Source of the DNA: Candidatus Freyarchaeum deiterrae
GTDB taxonomy: Archaea; Asgardarchaeota; Jordiarchaeia; Jordiarchaeales; Jordiarchaeaceae
Assembly: GCA_037305845.1 (NCBI GenBank)
Contig: CP147778.1
Span: 128,001-192,000 of the forward strand
Direction of reading: 5' to 3'
DNA length: 64,000 nucleotides
Positions 57,024 to 64,000 of the stretch are shown here, one piece after another. A program made the position numbers and the translations under genes. The notes under the pieces are model-generated. The model was not told where the DNA came from and did not search any database. It saw only the letters and a program-made list of their open reading frames with translations. Positions within the stretch are counted from its first letter, which is position 1. Every line of letters starts with the position of its first letter.

Positions 57024-59054
57024 TTAGGTTTTTTTAAGTTTATCCAGTTTCTCCATGAGGGTCATTAGTTCTTTCTGGAGACTTTCCTTACGCTCTAAAT
57101 CCGAGGAGGTTATGCTTCCCTCAAGTTCTTTCCTGCGCAGCTCCTCTATTTCCTTTCTGACTTCGAGGAACCGGTTCTGGATCTTCTCAATTTTCTCCGC
57201 GTCTTTGGGTTTCACTGGCTTCGCTTCCAGCAGAGAGGGTGTTCGTGCTAGGAATAGGCTGGAGTAGAGATAGTCTTTCTGAACCTTGTCGTACTTGGCT
57301 TCAATCTTATACCGCTCAAGGATATACTTCTTAAAATCGATTTCACCCGAATCGTACCTAGACTTCAGATTTTCAAGCTTCGCCCCATAATTGTTAACCG
57401 TTTTCTGCAGATTCTCCTTATTCCTCGTTAATTTATCTATCTTCTTTCTCTGAAGATTTTGAACCTTCTCAAGGTCGATTAACGAGGCTAGAATGGCGGG
57501 GAAGGACTCCTTAAACTGTGACACATTGCCCTTCCAGTCCTCCAGTTGTTTATAGTGGCTCTGCTCGATTTGTACCAGAAACTCGTGCAGTTTGCTTCTA
57601 ATCCATAGTTCCTCGTCAAGTCCTATATCACCGGTAATGCAGGTTGCGGTGAGCAGCTGGCTCTCTTCTCGTATGAATGTTCCGAATTCCGTGCTGAGTC
57701 TTTTGAGTCCGCCGACCTTCATTTCTTCCAGGAAGGATTTGATTGCGGACATGAATCCTGAGACCAGGGCGATGTCCTGCTCCATAGAAATAAAGTCGAA
57801 AGACCAAATCATGACGCCAGTAGGATTATGGTCAACAAGAATATTCTCCAAGCTCTTCAAAGCATTTAACGGAATCATCCGCTTCTTATACGCCGTCCAG
57901 CCTCCATACCCACCTGCAACAACTGCTCCCAAAGCAATGAAACCTAGTAATATGAAGAAGTTGTTCTGATTATCCTTCGTAAAATTATAATAGGAAAGCA
58001 GAGTTAAGCTCCTCGTGTAGAGCATTCCTAAAACATCAACACCGGAAACCTCTATTGTGACATCGAAAATAAGGGGGCTGAACCAACTATTGGCTACATA
58101 CAAAGTCGCCATGTTCTCAGATATATTAAGAGGCTGCGAAAGATTACCCAAGCCTGCACCCCTTGAGAGATTTTGCACAGCAGTCCCATTTACATTCATG
58201 TTCACATCAGTCGGGAAGGGAGTTTCCCAATAACCCGACTCATTATACACACTAAAACGAACTCTGAGACAATAATCAATACCTCCAAGGGTATGATTTG
58301 TACTATCCGCGTATTCAAAGCTCCAATCTGAACCATTATAATTAAAGGCGTATCCTTTATCGTCGTAAGTTTGACCAGCATTAGTCGCTATTGCGTTATC
58401 AGGAGCGTAGAACCAGAAAACATGATAAGCTGCTGGAATAGACGCATTTATCCCAATAAAGAAGGTATTATTATAAGTATTAATCTCAGGATCGACTTCA
58501 GAAGTATTGTCTGCATAAAAGTCTTTCCACCCTATGGGACCAGTAATCAGAGGAAAATCAACTGTTTTATTAAAGAGAAGAGTGTCCGGTTTTGGGACTG
58601 TATTACCATCGATAGTAGTATTGATAGCATTATAGAAGGATATACTTAAATTAATATATGATGGGGGGGGAGTTATTGGGTAATAGAATAGGTAGAAGCC
58701 TAGGGAGTACAGGTAAGCGCTTTGGTTTTCTGGAAGTTGGATGGACATTGCCCGGGAAAAATTAGTTATATCATTTACTCTTAAGGCGTCCTCCTCCATC
58801 GAAATTGTGGAGTTAGGAGCCCTAACGTTAGAAAAAGTCGTGTTAACGGAGGTAACATCCCACCCATTAGGAATTGGGATTTGGATAGAGTTGGCGGAAC
58901 TTAGGTTATGAAAGGGGCCATAAGTGAATTTTGAACTTGTATCCAAGCCTTGAACTGTTCCATAAGCGGTGTGCGAAGAGGGCTGCAGCATAATAACAGA
59001 AGAAGCAATCACAAGACCAATCAGTAGAGAAATGAGCAAAACTCCTTTTCTCAT
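57024..59054 (-). CDS. Single-pass membrane protein with Asn-rich ectodomain, cytoplasmic longin-like domain and coiled-coil/SHOCT-like tail
   Basis: Signal peptide; many NxS/T sequons; TM FFILLGFIALGAVVAGGYGGW-TAYKKR; TGVMIWSFDF...LVSGFMSAIKSF.EE...F...W.G.VSQF longin-type pattern. Confidence 0.75.
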   Translation of the reverse strand: MRKGVLLISLLIGLVIASSVIMLQPSSHTAYGTVQGLDTSSKFTYGPFHNLSSANSIQIPIPNGWDVTSVNTTFSNVRAPNSTISMEEDALRVNDITNFSRAMSIQLPENQSAYLYSLGFYLFYYPITPPPSYINLSISFYNAINTTIDGNTVPKPDTLLFNKTVDFPLITGPIGWKDFYADNTSEVDPEINTYNNTFFIGINASIPAAYHVFWFYAPDNAIATNAGQTYDDKGYAFNYNGSDWSFEYADSTNHTLGGIDYCLRVRFSVYNESGYWETPFPTDVNMNVNGTAVQNLSRGAGLGNLSQPLNISENMATLYVANSWFSPLIFDVTIEVSGVDVLGMLYTRSLTLLSYYNFTKDNQNNFFILLGFIALGAVVAGGYGGWTAYKKRMIPLNALKSLENILVDHNPTGVMIWSFDFISMEQDIALVSGFMSAIKSFLEEMKVGGLKRLSTEFGTFIREESQLLTATCITGDIGLDEELWIRSKLHEFLVQIEQSHYKQLEDWKGNVSQFKESFPAILASLIDLEKVQNLQRKKIDKLTRNKENLQKTVNNYGAKLENLKSRYDSGEIDFKKYILERYKIEAKYDKVQKDYLYSSLFLARTPSLLEAKPVKPKDAEKIEKIQNRFLEVRKEIEELRRKELEGSITSSDLERKESLQKELMTLMEKLDKLKKT

Positions 59055-59248
59055 AGAATTTCCGACCTAATCGCTTTCCTTGTAATATAATTATCTTACT
59101 ACTTATTTAATATTATTGGCAAAGCGAATTGAGCTTTTTTAAAAAGGTGTGCAGATTCCAGCTACTGTAAGCATTGTTATTAATTAAATTATTAACAAAC
59201 ATCATTTTAAAATATTTAAATAAAACATTAATATAATAGGCGGAGAAG

Positions 59249-59788
59249 GTGAAAAAGAAGGTAGAAAAAACCAGAAATAGAAAGCGTATAGCCGCCTTAA
59301 TTTGTGGCGGAATATTGTTCGGTGTCATTTTACCAATTATCTGTATCTACGTTTCACAGCTAGTAGATATTTGGTTCGGCTCCCCAAAGTTAATTCCTAT
59401 GCCCTTTAACTTCGTCATCTCAGCAATATTTTTCGCGGTTGGATTTTTCTGGGCCATATGGTCAAATGTTAACCTGTTCCGGAAGGGTGAGGGAACTCCA
59501 GTACCAACGAGTGAAACGCAGACAAGGAAGCTCGTAGTGAACGGAGCCTACAAATATACCCGAAACCCCATGATGTTTGGTCTCTTACTTATCCTGATAG
59601 GCTTGGGGTTTTTCTCCAACTCTCTTTTCCTCACACTCGGAGTCACTTCAATTTACACTATAGGACTCGTAGCGGCGCTTAAACTCTGGGAAGAAAAAAA
59701 CCTCGAGAAACGTTTCGGTAAATCCTATATTGAGTACAAAAAGAAAGTCTCATTCATGATCCCTATGTCGCCAAAGAAACAAAAATAA
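59249..59788 (+). CDS. ICMT/PEMT family membrane methyltransferase
   Basis: GEGTPVP, KLVVNGAYKYTRNPM, EEKNLEKRFGKSYIEYKKKV. Confidence 0.9.
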   Translation: MKKKVEKTRNRKRIAALICGGILFGVILPIICIYVSQLVDIWFGSPKLIPMPFNFVISAIFFAVGFFWAIWSNVNLFRKGEGTPVPTSETQTRKLVVNGAYKYTRNPMMFGLLLILIGLGFFSNSLFLTLGVTSIYTIGLVAALKLWEEKNLEKRFGKSYIEYKKKVSFMIPMSPKKQK

Positions 59789-59864
59789 TACCCTTCTTTC
59801 TTATGCTTCATTAGTTAAGAGGATTTATCCTCGCTATGAAAAAAAGGTAGTGAGTTGATGGGAT

Positions 59865-60515
59865 ATGCTTGATTGGTGGTTAGTGCTTCAATGGGTTTTG
59901 ATTGGGTTTTTGATTCTCCTTGTAGTTTCGTTTCTTGTAAGAATCATTAGGCACTACTACCATTTTCCGATTCCCGCCTTTGCCACGCAACTCATCGATA
60001 ATCCGGTTCGCAGAAGGCTCATTCAACGGCCAAACGTGCTGGCGGAACGTTTGCAGCTCAAGCCGGGAATGATTGTTGTGGAAATCGGACCCGGTAAAGG
60101 TAACTATACAAAAGCCTTTGCGGAGAGAATTCTCCCTAGGGGAAAAGTGTATGCTATCGATATTCAAGAATCTGTCATAAAGCGCTTGAAGAAGCGAATC
60201 AAAAGAGAAGGAATAACTAATATTGTTCCAAAAATCGAAAATGCCTATAAGTTATCTTTCGCTGACGAAAGCGTGGATAGAGTCTTCGCCATGGCGTGCC
60301 TCCCTGAGATTCCAGAACCTGTGAAGGTTCTGCGTGAATGCCACCGGATTCTAAAGCCGGACGGCTTAGTATGTCTCTGTGAAATGTTTCCAGACCCAGA
60401 TTATCCGCGACGGAAGACTGAGAAACGCTGGGCTGCGGAAGTGGGATTTGAACTGAGGCAGGAGTTCGGGAACTGGTTCATATATCAGCTAAATTTTGGT
60501 AAAAAGTCTGAATGA
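59865..60515 (+). CDS. Class I SAM-dependent methyltransferase with N-terminal TM
   Basis: VVEIGPGKG, YAIDIQ, FADESVD, RILKPDG. Confidence 0.9.
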   Translation: MLDWWLVLQWVLIGFLILLVVSFLVRIIRHYYHFPIPAFATQLIDNPVRRRLIQRPNVLAERLQLKPGMIVVEIGPGKGNYTKAFAERILPRGKVYAIDIQESVIKRLKKRIKREGITNIVPKIENAYKLSFADESVDRVFAMACLPEIPEPVKVLRECHRILKPDGLVCLCEMFPDPDYPRRKTEKRWAAEVGFELRQEFGNWFIYQLNFGKKSE

Positions 60516-60624
60516 GGAGTCTTCTATAGACCTTATCTTTTAATTGCCAGTAACAAAAAAAATTAAATGAGGAACTTTATATCATTTGTATTACTTTGCT
60601 GATTTATAATTTAGGGGCTTTAAA

Positions 60625-61164
60625 ATGGGCTTATTCGATTACAAGAACTATATTATTGATCAAAGATTATTAACACTACGTCATACCCTCATAATTAGAA
60701 ATGAAAATGAAGAAGAATTGGGTAAGGCTGTTAGTAAAATCCTTTCGTGGATGGGGAAAATCGAATTCTTTGATAATCAGGGAAATGCGGTGGGCTCGGT
60801 TGAAGGGAAATTTGCCGCCAGACCTTCCTTTAAAGTTATAGACCAATACGGTAAATATTTGGCAACCGTTAAAGCGACGATTTTAACAATGCATCATGAC
60901 TGGTGGGTGGAAGATCCTAAAGGCGAAAAGGTGCTTAAAGTTTTAGGAAACATTTGGGGTTTAGAATACCGAATTTTAGATAATTCGGGTTTAGTGATTG
61001 CCGAGATATCAAAAAAACTCTGGTCGGTTCGTGAATACTATGGGATTAAAATAAATTACGACTTTGACCCCTTTCTGGTACTCTCTGTTGTGTCAGCAAT
61101 AAGTATGCAAATGCAAAGACAAAGGAGTAGTAGAGGAGGAGGAGGAGGACATCATGGAAGATAG
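60625..61164 (+). CDS. LURP-one/scramblase (Tubby C-terminal-like) family protein
   Basis: YIIDQRLLTLR, V.GNIWGLEYRI, IAEISKKLWSVREYYGI, terminal hydrophobic helix DPFLVLSVVSAI. Confidence 0.82.
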   Translation: MGLFDYKNYIIDQRLLTLRHTLIIRNENEEELGKAVSKILSWMGKIEFFDNQGNAVGSVEGKFAARPSFKVIDQYGKYLATVKATILTMHHDWWVEDPKGEKVLKVLGNIWGLEYRILDNSGLVIAEISKKLWSVREYYGIKINYDFDPFLVLSVVSAISMQMQRQRSSRGGGGGHHGR

Positions 61165-61272
61165 GACTTGCGAATTCTTTATAGGATTATTAATTATAGT
61201 AATAGGAGTATAATATGTGAATTTATTTCATTTGGGAGAGTTGAGACTGGACAGAATAAAGGTGATGTTTAA

Positions 61273-61701
61273 ATGTCGGAAAATTGGCTTATGGAAGCGG
61301 ATAAACTTTATAAAAGGGGTAGATTTGAGGAGGCTATCAAAGCCTACGATGAGGTTTTAAAAATTGACCCGGAGGATGCTTCAGCATGGGTGAATAAGGC
61401 TCTTGCCCTTGTTGGTCTAGGTAGATTTGAGGAAGCCGTGAAATGCTACGATGAGGCTTTAAAAATAGATCCTGAGGATATTAGGGTTTTGAATCTGAAG
61501 GGTAAAGCGCTTATCAAGCTTGGTAAATTTAAGGACGCCGAAAAAACCTTTGATAAGGCAATAAAAATTTTTCCAAAGGGTCCTGAGGCGTGGTATAATA
61601 AGGGTGCTTCTCTTCAGGCGCGCAAGAAGGATAAAGACGCTAAGAAATGCTTTGATAAAGCAGCCAAATTAGACCCGAGCATAAGACACCCACTTAGATA
61701 G
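61273..61701 (+). CDS. Tetratricopeptide repeat protein
   Basis: Four TPR units (GRFEEAIKAYDEVLKIDP and similar). Confidence 0.93.
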   Translation: MSENWLMEADKLYKRGRFEEAIKAYDEVLKIDPEDASAWVNKALALVGLGRFEEAVKCYDEALKIDPEDIRVLNLKGKALIKLGKFKDAEKTFDKAIKIFPKGPEAWYNKGASLQARKKDKDAKKCFDKAAKLDPSIRHPLR

Positions 61702-61931
61702 ACTGCTTCAGACACAGACTCAAACCAGTACAACATAGTTTTTCAGCATGTACTAGCCCATTAAAACTTGGGGTTGTTTTTCTTCTTTTGTATTTGTGAT
61801 AAGTTTGTTATTTTTCATGTTTTTTAAGTATTACCTCTGGCATATGAGGAAATAAAAAGTTCAGAATTGACTAATTATTGACATACTCGCTCTAGTGAGG
61901 GTGTTCTAATCAAAAACTCGGGTTGGTTTGA

Positions 61932-62330
61932 ATGAAGGAAAAAATTGAAGACTTAATGAACCGTGTTAAATCCTCCATGTATTTTAAGGCTTATCTGGCT
62001 TTGATGGATGAGGATGGAAAAATCCTTTATAATAATTTCAACGACAGCTTTAACCGAACTCTCAGAGGCTTGGTTCCTATTCTTAAGACTTTGGATACTG
62101 GTGAGTATCATGTCAGAAGGCTAGCAAGAAGCCGTTTAATCATTTTAAGAGTTAGCGATGGATTGGTCTTGGCTGCGGAAAGCTACGCTAGAGATGGTAT
62201 ACTTATTTTCACAATGAATAATGCTGTGGAAAGGCTCAGAGAGGAGTTCGTTGAACTAGACTTACTAATGACACTATCCGACATGGCATTACCAGAAAGT
62301 GAATCAAAAATAGTGGAACAACTCGTGTGA
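61932..62330 (+). CDS. Hypothetical protein, profilin/roadblock-like fold candidate
   Basis: Helix, YLALMDEDGKILY hairpin, helix, three strands (LIILRVSDGLVLAA), helix. Confidence 0.55.
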   Translation: MKEKIEDLMNRVKSSMYFKAYLALMDEDGKILYNNFNDSFNRTLRGLVPILKTLDTGEYHVRRLARSRLIILRVSDGLVLAAESYARDGILIFTMNNAVERLREEFVELDLLMTLSDMALPESESKIVEQLV

Positions 62331-62580
62331 GAACAAATATTTTCTGTAGCTCTTGATTCCTTATTTTTACAATGTGGTACTTGAAAAATCGAGGATCCAG
62401 ATATTCATTTTTCATTTATTCTTTTCCAAAAGGCTGGAAATATTTTCGCGTCTCTTACTATGTTAACAAATGTTAAAATAATAGAGGAATCTTCTTAAGA
62501 GCGTTCGATTGGTTTTTTGTTAAAAAATGAGTAAAAAATATGAGTTTGATTGGGGATATAAATCTCTAGAGGTTTTGAAA

Positions 62581-63105
62581 ATGGGATTATTTGATTATAG
62601 AACTTATATCATTGACCAGAAATTATTATCGATACAACACACTCTCATTATTAAAGATGAAAAACAAACGGAGTTAGGGAAAGCCGTTAAGAAAATCCTT
62701 TCAGTAACGGAAGAAATCGATTTCAATGACAACACGAAACCGATGCAAACTGTGGGCTCATGTAAAAGGAAACTATTGGCTGCCTTTCCCGCGTATGAGG
62801 TTGAAAACGAATTGCATCAAACCGTGGCGAACATTAAGAAGCAGGTTATAGCCATCGGTGACGACTGGTGGGTTGAAGACACTAGTGGTAAAAAAGTACT
62901 CAAAGTTGATGGAAACCTAATAGGCTTGGAATACACCATAAGGGATATGATGAACCAGAAAGTCGCCGAGGTGTCCAAGAAATTCTTCTCCATCCGCGAC
63001 AGCTACGGGGTTAAAATAACTGGTAACGATGCTGACCCCTTCATAATTCTTGCAGTAGTAGCAGCAATAGACTTGGAGAAATACAAGAAGGAGAAAAAAA
63101 TTTAA
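62581..63105 (+). CDS. LURP-one/scramblase family protein (paralog of 60625)
   Basis: MGLFDY..YIIDQ.LL start shared with 60625; DWWVED, GLEY.I, AEVSKKFFSIRDSYGV, DPFIILAVVAAID. Confidence 0.85.
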   Translation: MGLFDYRTYIIDQKLLSIQHTLIIKDEKQTELGKAVKKILSVTEEIDFNDNTKPMQTVGSCKRKLLAAFPAYEVENELHQTVANIKKQVIAIGDDWWVEDTSGKKVLKVDGNLIGLEYTIRDMMNQKVAEVSKKFFSIRDSYGVKITGNDADPFIILAVVAAIDLEKYKKEKKI

Positions 63106-63328
63106 TCAAACCCGAAGACATAAGGCTGCTAAAAGGTTAAAACAAGAAGTAAATAACAAAATACAACCCTAAAAAACTTATCAGCTAAGAGAGTTGAAAA
63201 GCGGCGAATTGGACACGCACCACAAGTTTTCAGAACTCATAAGAGCTACTTTCCAGCAGACAATTGGAACACATTTCATTTTCTTATTTTATTTGTGTTG
63301 GAATTTTTCGGACTGCTGGTGTTTAGGT

Positions 63329-63541
63329 TTATAACTGCTTCAGTATTTTTTGTGCTTTTTTCTCCATCAGCTTTTTTGCGTCAATTATCTCTATTCCGAT
63401 TATCTTTCCCTTTTCCCCGATTTCCAGATTAATGTTTGGGACCAATTCTATGAAGCCTTCCTCCTCTCCTTCTGCAATCACAACGTAAAGTATATCACTT
63501 TCCTCATCATAAAGTACTCGAGGAATCTTATTCTCGTTCAA
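63329..63541 (-). CDS. DUF2283 family protein (putative antitoxin)
   Basis: YDEESDILY...GKIIGIEIIDA signature. Confidence 0.88.
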   Translation of the reverse strand: MNENKIPRVLYDEESDILYVVIAEGEEEGFIELVPNINLEIGEKGKIIGIEIIDAKKLMEKKAQKILKQL

Positions 63542-63854
63542 GAGACCACCTTCCAGAATTTATTCTATTTTCAACTTGTTTTTCTTCGATGGGATGGCAG
63601 GTTATTATCATAATTCCTTTATTGAGAATATCATAAGCAACTATGATAAATCTTTCTTTACCACCATAATTCATTTTCTTAACTGCAATACGGTGTCCTG
63701 TAACCACGTCTATGAATCTTTTTTCAGCCTCAAGAAACACAGTTCTGGGCAAGTTTTGCGGAAATTTTCTTATCTCCAACCTCTGCAACAGATGTTTGGA
63801 GTAGTAGATCTCCAAAAAACCACCATTACCTTTACTGAAAATATGATTATTCAT
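63528..63854 (-). CDS. DUF4258-like putative RNase toxin
   Basis: YSKHLLQRLEIR, IIVAY, IITCHP; overlaps the DUF2283 gene; start may be internal. Confidence 0.72.
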   Translation of the reverse strand: MNNHIFSKGNGGFLEIYYSKHLLQRLEIRKFPQNLPRTVFLEAEKRFIDVVTGHRIAVKKMNYGGKERFIIVAYDILNKGIMIITCHPIEEKQVENRINSGRWSLERE

Positions 63855-64000
63855 ATTATTTCACCTCCTTTTTATTTATCTTTTATCAATTTCTTGGTGC
63901 AAGGATTGAAAGTAAAAATTACTTCAGTAATATATCTAATTTTTAAAAATCGATATTTGTCTGAACTTGTGGAAGTGTTTCTTCAGTAAAGAGAATTAAA

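Noticed and set aside
57024-57860. A true SNARE
   Set aside because: The TM precedes the longin and coiled coil, the reverse of longin SNARE order; no clear SNARE zero layer identified

Overview
Archaeal chromosomal window. It is most consistent with an Asgard archaeon, which is an inference from longin-like, RING-like, V4R-like and profilin/roadblock-like proteins, not a database result. No rRNA, tRNA or CRISPR array was recognised. Metabolic content: anaerobic acyl-CoA genes (three 3-hydroxyacyl-CoA dehydrogenases, two enoyl-CoA hydratases with one interrupted, 4-hydroxybutyryl-CoA dehydratase, tungsten AOR), two glycoside hydrolases, bacterial-type cysE-cysK followed by a free-standing ThrRS editing domain, Fe/Mn SOD, a P3A H+-ATPase, ABC-2 and MFS transporters, and four toxin-antitoxin loci. 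Main points of interest: (1) two single-pass receptor-like proteins with eukaryote-like cytoplasmic modules, a 2xDUF2341-TM-Zn ribbon-RING protein and an ectodomain-TM-longin-coiled coil protein; (2) a ~3,950-aa beta-helix surface protein with Tyr/Gly-rich variable loops, recent repeat expansions, and a strong-SD start codon held out of frame by an A8 tract; (3) a 513-bp non-autonomous IS607-like tnpB remnant inserted at a GG core, whose removal restores a 258-aa hydratase; (4) a CBS4-HPF-like putative ribosome hibernation factor; (5) several unannotated duplication scars and duplicated hydrophobic loops in three transporters. All family calls are motif recognition by eye.
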